Shown piece by piece: positions 1 to 8,437 of a stretch of DNA of 60,482 nucleotides. Origin of the DNA: an uncultured Eubacteriales bacterium. Lineage in GTDB: Bacteria > Bacillota > Clostridia > Christensenellales > UBA1242. The stretch covers positions 1-60,482 of the forward strand of contig ONVD01000024.1 of the NCBI GenBank assembly GCA_900321185.1, read 5' to 3'. Below the pieces are notes generated by a model. The model was not told the origin of the DNA. It was given only the letters and a program-made list of their open reading frames with translations, and did no database searches. A program made the position numbers and the translations under genes. How positions within the stretch are numbered: position 1 is the stretch's first letter; the number at the start of each line of letters is the position of its first letter.

Positions 1-152
1 CCAACACCACCAGCAATATAAACATACATATTAAACAGTGTTGCATTAAAACTTTGGTTTTCGGCAAGATAAAAAACAGCCAAAAAGCCAACAACAAGCC
101 CCAAAACTCCAAAACCCAAGCATGCAAGCACAAATTTTAAAAATCTTGACAT
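1..152 (-). CDS. small hydrophobic membrane protein, N-terminal part only (runs off left window edge)
   Basis: Not in ORF track. Reverse strand reads GGAGG-7nt-ATG (ATG complement at 150-152), then MSRFLKFVLACLGFGVLGLVVGFLAVFYLAENQSF..., open to position 1. Confidence 0.45.
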   Translation of the reverse strand, partial: MSRFLKFVLACLGFGVLGLVVGFLAVFYLAENQSFNATLFNMYVYIAGGV

Positions 153-319
153 CCAAATCCTCCATATATATAAGAATATATTTTGTAGAAAAATTAAAAA
201 AATTTAAAAATTCTTAAAAAATTGTACTAATTTGATTTGCTTTTGTCAAATTTATTTGCTAATATTATTTCATAAATTTGAGTTTGCTTGTCTTTTTTGA
301 CAACTATGTGTCAGATTTT

Positions 320-348
320 TTGATAACACATGCAAAATTTTGTATATT
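320..348 (+). promoter_or_regulatory. sigma-A-like promoter upstream of the pilin-like gene
   Basis: TTGATA (320-325), 17 nt spacer, TATATT (343-348). Confidence 0.4.
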
Positions 349-405
349 TTGTCACAACAAGCAAAACCTAATTTAGATAGACAAAAATATGGAGGTATTT
401 AGTTT

Positions 406-789
406 ATGAACATGCTATTTGGTTTAGCATCAGCATTTATGAGTTTTTTGGGTAGTCCAATGGGGCAGTTAGCAAACGGTTATCAAGATTATAAAGCAGA
501 TCGTGACAAGTATCACTGGGTTTATGTACTTTGCACTGCATTAAATGATGTCTTGACGCCTATTCTTATCATTGTCGCTACTGCGGGTCTTATTTACGCG
601 GTGGTGTTGGGTGTCAACCTTGCTCGTGCCGACTCTGCTGACAAACAGCAAGAGGCAAAAAAACGTATGGTGTACGCAATTGTTGGCCTTGCATCAATTA
701 TTTTGTTGATATTCCTAATGAAAATCTTTATCAACAACGTGGATTCAATCTTAAAGTTAACTGACTATGATGGGACTCCTATTAAATAA
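406..789 (+). CDS. small two-TM membrane protein, VirB2/TrbC pilin-like (T4SS-associated)
   Basis: 127 aa with GGAGG RBS. Two hydrophobic helices (LTPILIIVATAGLIYAVVLGV and MVYAIVGLASIILLIFLM) flank a short charged loop (ARADSADKQQEAKKR), the layout of Gram-positive/Mollicutes pilin-like conjugation proteins. First gene of the VirB6/VirB4 cluster. Confidence 0.5.
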   Translation: MNMLFGLASAFMSFLGSPMGQLANGYQDYKADRDKYHWVYVLCTALNDVLTPILIIVATAGLIYAVVLGVNLARADSADKQQEAKKRMVYAIVGLASIILLIFLMKIFINNVDSILKLTDYDGTPIK

Positions 790-933
790 CGGCAATAATG
801 GCAGTTAATCTCCAACAATATTAATCAAACAATCTAAAATATTTGCCTTTTGGCGATGTTTTTGGGTTATCTAGTAGCAAAATAAACTGAATAGCCCGTA
901 TTAACCGAGTTTTTGGTCTTGGGGGGTGTGGAT

Positions 934-2664
934 ATGAAAAACAGATTTAGGTCTCGCTTTTTGGCTGTGTGCTTGTCCACACTCCTTTTTTGCTTTGCTG
1001 GTTGTGATTATATACCAACGAGCGACGGAGATAACTACATTCCTTCGCATACTACTGACGACGTAAGACCAATTGTTGATGATACCAAGAGCGACGATTT
1101 TTCGGTAGATACACCTGAGGAGCAGGCGTTCAAAGACGGTGCTTTTGATGACTATATCGCTAATTGGTACGGAGTACGTACACTCTACACCCCAAATGCC
1201 AACAGCACTACGTCAAATCTTGCTCTTAGTGCCGACCGCCAAAAATTTAACGACAATGCTTACAATCAATATGAGTACATGTCGCACTACATCCTCATGC
1301 AACTTGTCAATATGTATCAAATGACTGTAGATGACGGTACAGTTTGTTTTGATTACGAGTTTTTTGCAGATAATGCTACATTCCCAAACACCACACATTA
1401 TAGTTACAATTTTGTTGCTAGTACTGATTTGGCTACTGTGGCTACTGATGCTATACAAAATAACAATTGGACGTTTAGATTGACGCCGTTGACCGACGAA
1501 AGCGGAGTAGAGTTGCCGATAGAAACAAACTATCTATCTAGATACCTTAGTGTTTTTTCGCCAGTGCTAGCCCTACAACTAATGGAGACAGACCTTGGAC
1601 TAGGGGTCAGTCAAACCAATATGATGATAGATTTAAATACATGCACGGTTAATCAAAACTATATCGACGCCCAAAAAGCACAGTACGTCACACAAGTAAA
1701 CACTCTGGGTATAGGCCGTAGCAAAGATTATGCTAACCTTATATTAGAGAATGTGATAGGTACATCTGCTACTGGTGTGTTGCTCGCCCCATACGATACC
1801 AAAGTTGCCGGCATTGTCAACAAATTTTTTGATGATATCGAGCCACAATTTGCGCACTACTCACGTACAGAGTTTTGTGACATTGACGCTACACAATTTT
1901 TTACACCAGGTGACAATTCTACCGACCCTACCAAACTTACCAATATGGACTACCAAGAATACCAGAGTGCTACATTCTTTTATCGTGAAGATGTCGCCGA
2001 AACTATGGTCAACAACACAATAGACATCTACATAGATTCGCGCGAGGACATTGTTTTGGACGTCTATTGCCTATACATTGAGGCAAATGGACCGCAGAAG
2101 ATAGAATATCTAGCCACTCTACACACAGACCACACTCAGAGTTGCTACTATTCACCAGACGACCCAAATGATGCTGTTGACTCAGACACTGACACCACCA
2201 ACAACGAAAATGCCTTAAACAATCTCACCACCAACAATAATACAGGCTTGTTGTATCTTGATATGACCGATGACGAGATTCAATCGGACCCATTTTACAA
2301 AGCATACATAGACACTAGTTCTGACACGTTTGGCACTACTGGTTATGCAAATGTACTTTATGCCGACGCAAGCCACCCTTCTGTAGGTGCGATACTTGAA
2401 CGTACAGATTTGAGTGGTAATGTTTGGCAATTGGGTACAGCACTAAAGAATGGACAAACAGTTGATTTGTCAGATATCTCTGTCTACGCTCCAATAGACA
2501 AGGATGGTATGGTGATTATCTTTGATATTCAGTACAAAGACGGCGGAACTGTGTCTAGCCATGACAACGGTGACTACGCGTTCAAATATCTAATACAGAT
2601 TGACGGACTAACTAAGTCAGATTTTGATGAATCCAAAAACCAAACGGACGAGGATACAGATTGA
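934..2664 (+). CDS. large secreted lipoprotein, unknown function (D/T/N-rich)
   Basis: Track ORF 913-2664 trimmed to the ATG at 934 after a G-rich RBS. Signal peptide with lipobox LLFCFAG-C. No recognisable catalytic motif. Followed by terminator 2681-2710. Confidence 0.7.
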   Translation: MKNRFRSRFLAVCLSTLLFCFAGCDYIPTSDGDNYIPSHTTDDVRPIVDDTKSDDFSVDTPEEQAFKDGAFDDYIANWYGVRTLYTPNANSTTSNLALSADRQKFNDNAYNQYEYMSHYILMQLVNMYQMTVDDGTVCFDYEFFADNATFPNTTHYSYNFVASTDLATVATDAIQNNNWTFRLTPLTDESGVELPIETNYLSRYLSVFSPVLALQLMETDLGLGVSQTNMMIDLNTCTVNQNYIDAQKAQYVTQVNTLGIGRSKDYANLILENVIGTSATGVLLAPYDTKVAGIVNKFFDDIEPQFAHYSRTEFCDIDATQFFTPGDNSTDPTKLTNMDYQEYQSATFFYREDVAETMVNNTIDIYIDSREDIVLDVYCLYIEANGPQKIEYLATLHTDHTQSCYYSPDDPNDAVDSDTDTTNNENALNNLTTNNNTGLLYLDMTDDEIQSDPFYKAYIDTSSDTFGTTGYANVLYADASHPSVGAILERTDLSGNVWQLGTALKNGQTVDLSDISVYAPIDKDGMVIIFDIQYKDGGTVSSHDNGDYAFKYLIQIDGLTKSDFDESKNQTDEDTD

Positions 2665-2680
2665 TAAAATACTAAAAAGG

Positions 2681-2710
2681 CTCTATTTTAGCACAAAATA
2701 GAGTTTTTTT
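2681..2710 (+). terminator. rho-independent terminator after the lipoprotein gene
   Basis: CTCTATTTT-agcac-AAAATAGAG followed by 7 T. Confidence 0.75.
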
Positions 2711-3110
2711 GTTAGCATAACGGTAGTATTAGATAATGTAAAATAAGCAATGTTAGTTTTAAAATATCCATATAATACAAACTATGTGATGTAAAAATTT
2801 GAACAAGTCAAATTTGAATGTTGCTAATCTCAATTCCAGAATAAATTGTGGCATCATAGCTCAAATTAATTTTAGTTGCTGGCAAATATTGTGCTGTTTG
2901 CAGACAATTTTTGATTAAGATATTACAAAAATAATTTAGTTGTGTCAAGGTGTGCACTAATACTATTCAAAATAGTTTATAAAAAAAGCATATTACGAAT
3001 CTTATACCCAAAAAATTAAAAATTTTGCCTTTTTTCTTGTTTTTCTATTTACTTTATTAAATAAAAATGTTATTATTTAACAAAATAGTAAAAAAGAGTT
3101 AGGAGGCACT

Positions 3111-5297
3111 ATGTTAGGTGGAGTTGCATCTGGTACGTCAATGTTAGGTAGCATCTTTAGTGGTATCACTCATACAATTACTCATATTGTCGATGTACTT
3201 TCCCATCTAGAAAACGTTATTATCACCGCCTTTCAGTACATGTTTGCCGCCTTTTTGTACACTATACAGATAGGTTTCTTTTGGTTGATTGACATGATAC
3301 AGTCAGTCTTTCGTCGCGTTGCTGGACTAGATGTCTATTGGTACAGACAAGATAATGGGGCTGTTACCCAACAAAAGGGTGATATTGTAGAGTCTTTTTT
3401 GCGTAGTGATACCGTGTGGACCGTGTTTATCTCGGTACTCATCGCGTCTATTATCTTGCTGTTTGTCACTACAATGATTGCTATTCTAAAGACCGAACTT
3501 AACGAAAAAGACAACGCCAAAGGTCCTGTTATCAAGCAAGCACTCAAGGCAATCGCTTACTTTGTCATTGTACCTGTAGTCTGCATTTTTGGTGTAACTT
3601 TGGCTAATATATTCTTGCGTAGTTTTGACTCTGCTACCGCTCTGGACGGTGCTACCAGTATCTCGGGGCAAGTCTTTGCTGCCGCAGCCTATGACTGCAA
3701 CCGAGTCCGTGACGGCCATCGTTTGGCAGGGGATGACAGTAAGTATACCGATGCCGTCGATAGACTAATGGGTGTTACTTACACTAGTGGTGGCAACTCT
3801 CGACAACGGTTAAAGATTTCACATTCTAGCAGTCGAGGTGAGATTGCCAACGCCATAGACGAGGCGTTTGTCAAGGGGTACACTATTACCGATTCTTCCA
3901 AGGTGATAAAGTATGAATATAGTCTGTCTTCGTACATGGCTGGTTATTCGGTTATTTTTGGTGGAGATTCCGAAAGTTTTGCCACCTACGACAAGACCGC
4001 TACATCACTTGTGTATTATTATTATGACTTACTAAAATACAACTATTTAATAGGTTACATAGCCTCAGGTACTATTGTAATGTTGCTACTCAACCTTATG
4101 ATAGGTGTTGTCCAACGTTTGTTTGACCTAACAATCTTGTTTATCGTATCTCCAGCGTTTATTGCTGCTATGCCTCTAGATGACGGCAGTCGTTACAAAA
4201 AATGGAAAGACCAATTCATTGCCAAAACATTGGCTTGCTATGGCCCTATCATTGGTATCAACCTAGCGTTCACTATCCTTACACTTGTTCAACGTATATA
4301 CATTTTTGACCCAGATGGTGGTGGACTAAACGGTCTATTTAATGCACTGATGCAATGTATCTTCGTCATTACCGCTATTCTTTGTGTCAAGGACTTTGGT
4401 AAGTTAATTAACAGCCTGGTAGGTGGTGACGACATAACCAACAACAAGGCTGGCGATGTAAAGAAACTGGGCTCCAAGACTTTGGCTGCAGGTGCTCAAG
4501 CGGGACTTGCTGGTGTAAAACTAGGTGCTGCTGCCGCAAATACAGGTGGACGTTTGGTAAAGGCTGGAGTTGATCACCATCGTGCAGCGAAAGCTATGAA
4601 AAATCTTGATAAAACCGTTGGTAAGAAAGCATATGAAGATATGGATGCCGTAGACAAAAATGCTGAAGCGGAAATTGATAAAATTAAGAAAAGTACTATG
4701 ACTGAGAGAGAGAAGCGACATGAGATAGATGCGGTAAATGCCATGAGAGCAGCGCGAAAGCAGGCAATCGCAAAACCGTATCTCGACGCTTATAAATCAC
4801 TAGAGGATAAAAAGTCAGCGTCGTGGAAAGATGCTGGTGGCGCTCTAGCAAACGGCTTTAAAAGGTCTACCAAGGCAAGTGTTGGTGGACTAGAGGGTAT
4901 TCGTGATGCGTTTGAATTAAAAAATCTAACAAAAGATTTTACCGATGCAGGTGGTACAAAAGCACTCGAAGATACTGCTGAGTCAATGGGGAATAGTGTA
5001 CAGAACACTATTAGGTCAATTGGGACTACTTTTAGTCTTGATCGTAGCGGATTTAGAGTCATTGATCAAGATACTAAAAACCCTGATGGTAGCTCAGCTG
5101 GTTACAATGCAGGAGATGACGTAAAAAAAATACGAAGATTTTTGGGTACTGGTGGTCAAGCCAAGAAAGATAAAGAAAAGAAAGATGCTGCTGATGCTCA
5201 AGCGGCTCAAGCAAAAGCCAACGCTGAGGCTATGGAAAATAGTATAAAAGAACTTGCGGCGGCATTAAAGGAAATAGAATCGAAGATGCCAAAATAA
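3111..5297 (+). CDS. polytopic membrane protein, VirB6/TrbL-like, with ~290-aa charged C-terminal tail
   Basis: 728 aa with AGGAGG RBS. About 7 predicted TM helices and a ~150-aa loop between TM3 and TM4. The C-terminal third is K/A/D/E-rich and coiled-coil-like. Sits directly upstream of the VirB4 gene, as VirB6 analogues (PrgH/TcpH/ConG) often do. Confidence 0.55.
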   Translation: MLGGVASGTSMLGSIFSGITHTITHIVDVLSHLENVIITAFQYMFAAFLYTIQIGFFWLIDMIQSVFRRVAGLDVYWYRQDNGAVTQQKGDIVESFLRSDTVWTVFISVLIASIILLFVTTMIAILKTELNEKDNAKGPVIKQALKAIAYFVIVPVVCIFGVTLANIFLRSFDSATALDGATSISGQVFAAAAYDCNRVRDGHRLAGDDSKYTDAVDRLMGVTYTSGGNSRQRLKISHSSSRGEIANAIDEAFVKGYTITDSSKVIKYEYSLSSYMAGYSVIFGGDSESFATYDKTATSLVYYYYDLLKYNYLIGYIASGTIVMLLLNLMIGVVQRLFDLTILFIVSPAFIAAMPLDDGSRYKKWKDQFIAKTLACYGPIIGINLAFTILTLVQRIYIFDPDGGGLNGLFNALMQCIFVITAILCVKDFGKLINSLVGGDDITNNKAGDVKKLGSKTLAAGAQAGLAGVKLGAAAANTGGRLVKAGVDHHRAAKAMKNLDKTVGKKAYEDMDAVDKNAEAEIDKIKKSTMTEREKRHEIDAVNAMRAARKQAIAKPYLDAYKSLEDKKSASWKDAGGALANGFKRSTKASVGGLEGIRDAFELKNLTKDFTDAGGTKALEDTAESMGNSVQNTIRSIGTTFSLDRSGFRVIDQDTKNPDGSSAGYNAGDDVKKIRRFLGTGGQAKKDKEKKDAADAQAAQAKANAEAMENSIKELAAALKEIESKMPK

Positions 5298-5481
5298 AAT
5301 CTAATTAACAAATACAAATTTAGGTTAATATTATTAATACAAATAAAAGAATCTAGTAATATGCTGGGTTCTTTTTTGTTGTATTAGTACCAAAAGTGTT
5401 TATCATCACGTGCTTTGTTGTTTTGGTGGAATATATTATTAAAAACTTGGAGCAAAGGACAAAAATATATGTAATTTTATT

Positions 5482-5509
5482 TTGAAAATCTGTTAATTTG
5501 GGGTATAAT
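5482..5509 (+). promoter_or_regulatory. sigma-A-like promoter of the VirB4 gene
   Basis: TTGAAA (5482-5487), 16 nt spacer, TATAAT (5504-5509). Confidence 0.55.
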
Positions 5510-5559
5510 ATAACCTAGATACTTTGCGTGCATAATAATATGCAAAGGAGGTAAGCATA

Positions 5560-8196
5560 GTGAGTTACATTCCGCGTAAAACAAAGGTAAGAATGGAATT
5601 TTACAAAGGTATCGGAATTGTTGAGATTTTGTATTTTGTCATCGGCATAGGAGTATTGTTGTTACTCGCGTTCAACAACTGGTTTGGCACAGAGTTAAAG
5701 GTAGCGCTATGTATGTCATGGATAGGGCTTGTAATTGCGTTTTATATGCCTATTGCAGATGACAAAAGGTTGTTTGCCACATTGTGGATATTGTTCCGCT
5801 TTTTAGCAGAGCAAAAAAAATACAGCAAGCATCCAAAGCGTAAGTACAAGCCTATCTCTGAGATGATGCCGTACTCTAGCATTTTTAATAATTTGATAGA
5901 CTACAAAGAGTATTATGCTGGTGTTATAGAGATTAGGCCGATTGCTTATTACCTACTTAACGAAGAAAAACAAAATTTGGTTGTGCGCACGTTTTCGAAT
6001 GCGTTGCGTGCCTTAACTGTAGGTCAACATGCTAGCATTGTCAAGGTACAACAACCTATGGTGCTGGACAGTTACCGCATGGCAGAAGACCGCAAATTTG
6101 ACGAAGTGACCGACCTAGTGAGTGAACACGAAATGAAAAAGCAAGAGGCAGACGCTCGTAACAAGGTGTTTGAGGCACGTATGCAACACTTACGTAGTTT
6201 TGAGAATATGGACCGAATCTACATGGACCACTTTTATGTAGTCGTGTATGATATCGACCGCGAGGGTATTGCAGCAACGCTAGATACAATGGTTGACCAA
6301 CTCCAACGTGGTGTAGTGCCTATGACAGCACATAGGCTAAACGACCAACAACTAGCCATATTCCTAAAAGCGCAGTACACCAAGGAGTTTAACGAATCCG
6401 AGTTGGCTACATATAGTATGGATGAATATCTAGATTGGGTCACCCCCGACACAGTGGTATTTAGACCAACCAAGACCTTAATAGACGGCATGGAGTACCG
6501 AAATTTTGCTATTAGTGATTATCCTATTAATGTACCAAATGCATGGGCAATGAACTTCTTTTTGCAACCAGGCACAAAAGTGGTGATGAATCTAACTCCA
6601 CTGAGTAAAGACAGAGCCGAAAATAGCATAGACCGTTCGATTATCGAGCTAGAGGGACGTATGAACAGTGTTTTTAGGTCTAGTAAGCAAATAGACTTGC
6701 AGTCACAACATGAGACACTGTCTACATTGTTATCTGACCTAAAACTAGGTAACGAAGACCTATATGATGTGAACATACACATATGCTGTGAAGCCAGTCA
6801 AAAGAAAGAGATTCGTACTATCTTAAAGCAAGGTGGCTTTAGATACAGTGAGATGTTTGGTAGGCAAAAAGTGGCCTTTATAGCACAAAACATTAGTCGA
6901 AAAGATGAGGTAAAGGACCTAAAGCGTAACATTCAAACAAGTGGTGTGGCGTCATGTTTCCCTTTTGTTAGTGATGTCTTGCAAGACCCAGACGGAGTAT
7001 ATCTAGGTAAGAATAGGTATCCAGTATTCATAGATTTCTTTATTCGTAACAATGAGCGTGTTAACAGTAACATGATAGTTATTGGTAAATCTGGTAGTGG
7101 TAAATCTTACGCTATCAAGACACTACTAGCCAACCTAGCGGCGGACAATTCGCGTATTTTTATACTAGACCCCGAGCATGAATACGAAGATTTGGCACGC
7201 AACCTATCGGGTAAGCAAATAGATGTAGGTTCGTCTGTCAATGGTATCATGAACCCATTCCATATTTACACAACCCTTAGTGCAGACGAAGGTGAGGGCG
7301 GAGACTCGTTCTCAATGCATTTGCAATTTTTGGAACAATTTTTCCATGTCATTTTTGACGGAATGGACGGCGATGCTTTTGAAATTTTAAACTCAATTGT
7401 GCTAGAAACATATTTTCGCAAAGGCATCAACTCGTCTACAGACTTGTCCAAACTAAAACCCGAAGATTATCCGATATTTGACGACGTTTACAACCTCATA
7501 GGTGAACGCCTTGCGTCACAGACAGATACATATCTAGCGCGTAATTTGCAGATATTGCACACATATGTGCAAAAATTTGCGAGTGGTGGGCGTAACGCTA
7601 ACCTTTGGAACGGACCTACTAGCATAGAGACCGAAGAAAACTTTGTTTGTTTTAACTTTCAGTCATTGATGGCAAACCGTAACATGACTATTGCCAACGC
7701 ACAAATGTTGCTGGTATTTAAATATCTTGACAATGAGATTAGTAAGAATAAAGACTTTAACACCAAGTACAATACGCGTCGACAGATTATTGTTGCTGTC
7801 GATGAGGCGCACTTGTTCATCAACCCTAAGTTCCCAATAGCACTTGAGTTTATGGCACAAATGGCAAAGCGTATCCGTAAGTATGAAGGTATGCAGATAG
7901 TAATTACACAGAACATCAAGGACTTTATTGGTGGTTCGGCAGATACCCAACGTCAAGCCACTGCGGTTATTAACGCATCTCAGTATTCAATGATATTCTC
8001 GCTAGCACCAAATGATATGACTGACCTTGTAGAGTTGTATCGTAACGCAGGTGGTATCAACCAAGACGAGCAAGACACCATTGTTACGGCTGGTCGTGGT
8101 GAATGTTTCTTTATCGCCAGCCCTTACAGTCGTACAACGTTCTTGATTGAGGCAAATGACGCAATCAAGCAAATTGCTAACCTCGCTAAACGTTAG
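5560..8196 (+). CDS. virB4: VirB4/TraE-family type IV secretion ATPase with fused VirB3/PrgI-like N-terminal membrane domain
   Basis: 878 aa, GTG start after AAAGGAGG. Walker A GKSGSGKS (7084-7107). Walker B IIVAVDEAH (DE at 7801-7806). Size and motif spacing are typical of VirB4/TcpF/PrgJ. The first ~90 aa hold two TM helices preceded by IPRKTKVRMEFYKGIG, resembling PrgI/VirB3. Confidence 0.8.
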   Translation: MSYIPRKTKVRMEFYKGIGIVEILYFVIGIGVLLLLAFNNWFGTELKVALCMSWIGLVIAFYMPIADDKRLFATLWILFRFLAEQKKYSKHPKRKYKPISEMMPYSSIFNNLIDYKEYYAGVIEIRPIAYYLLNEEKQNLVVRTFSNALRALTVGQHASIVKVQQPMVLDSYRMAEDRKFDEVTDLVSEHEMKKQEADARNKVFEARMQHLRSFENMDRIYMDHFYVVVYDIDREGIAATLDTMVDQLQRGVVPMTAHRLNDQQLAIFLKAQYTKEFNESELATYSMDEYLDWVTPDTVVFRPTKTLIDGMEYRNFAISDYPINVPNAWAMNFFLQPGTKVVMNLTPLSKDRAENSIDRSIIELEGRMNSVFRSSKQIDLQSQHETLSTLLSDLKLGNEDLYDVNIHICCEASQKKEIRTILKQGGFRYSEMFGRQKVAFIAQNISRKDEVKDLKRNIQTSGVASCFPFVSDVLQDPDGVYLGKNRYPVFIDFFIRNNERVNSNMIVIGKSGSGKSYAIKTLLANLAADNSRIFILDPEHEYEDLARNLSGKQIDVGSSVNGIMNPFHIYTTLSADEGEGGDSFSMHLQFLEQFFHVIFDGMDGDAFEILNSIVLETYFRKGINSSTDLSKLKPEDYPIFDDVYNLIGERLASQTDTYLARNLQILHTYVQKFASGGRNANLWNGPTSIETEENFVCFNFQSLMANRNMTIANAQMLLVFKYLDNEISKNKDFNTKYNTRRQIIVAVDEAHLFINPKFPIALEFMAQMAKRIRKYEGMQIVITQNIKDFIGGSADTQRQATAVINASQYSMIFSLAPNDMTDLVELYRNAGGINQDEQDTIVTAGRGECFFIASPYSRTTFLIEANDAIKQIANLAKR

Positions 8197-8205
8197 TAAA
8201 TAAAA

Positions 8206-8242
8206 AGATGTTTTGTTTGCGAAAAACAAAACATCTTTTTTG
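8206..8242 (+). terminator. rho-independent terminator after virB4
   Basis: AGATGTTTTGTTT-gcgaa-AAACAAAACATCT followed by TTTTTT. Confidence 0.85.
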
Positions 8243-8377
8243 TTTTGTAACATAAATTAATTAAGAGATACTGTTTAGTATTCTTTTTTTAATTAATCCA
8301 GTCTATACAAAGTACAAAAAAACGCAAAAAATAGGTCCAAAAACACTAAATAACCATTAATATTTTGAAAATTGGTA

Positions 8378-8406
8378 TTGAAATCATCTAAAATTTATGT
8401 TACAAT
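8378..8406 (+). promoter_or_regulatory. sigma-A-like promoter of the 713-aa ORF
   Basis: TTGAAA (8378-8383), 17 nt spacer, TACAAT (8401-8406). Confidence 0.55.
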
Positions 8407-8437
8407 CTATTTAACGTTCTTTTAGGGTGGAGGATAT

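Noticed and set aside
241-360. Recurrent TGTCA/TGACA pentamers, including TGACA-N6-TGTCA at 298-313, upstream of the pilin-like gene as a possible operator.
   Set aside because: The pentamers are too short to be significant in an AT-rich 120-bp region, and some are simply -35-like TTGACA hexamers. Noted but not claimed.
2951-2966. GTGCACTAATACTAT at ~2952, plus TAGTACCAAAAGTG at ~5385 and ATACTGTTTAGTAT at ~8267, as degenerate members of the repeat family.
   Set aside because: Similarity is limited to 8-10 scattered positions with indels, and chance cannot be excluded by eye. A proper profile search is needed.
4692-4700. 9-mer matches to the repeat core inside coding regions (AGTACTATG at ~4692 in the VirB6-like gene; GGTACTATG at ~13897 in rpoB).
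   Set aside because: A given 9-mer is expected ~0.5 times by chance in this window. They lack the flanking GCAC and have no partner half-site.
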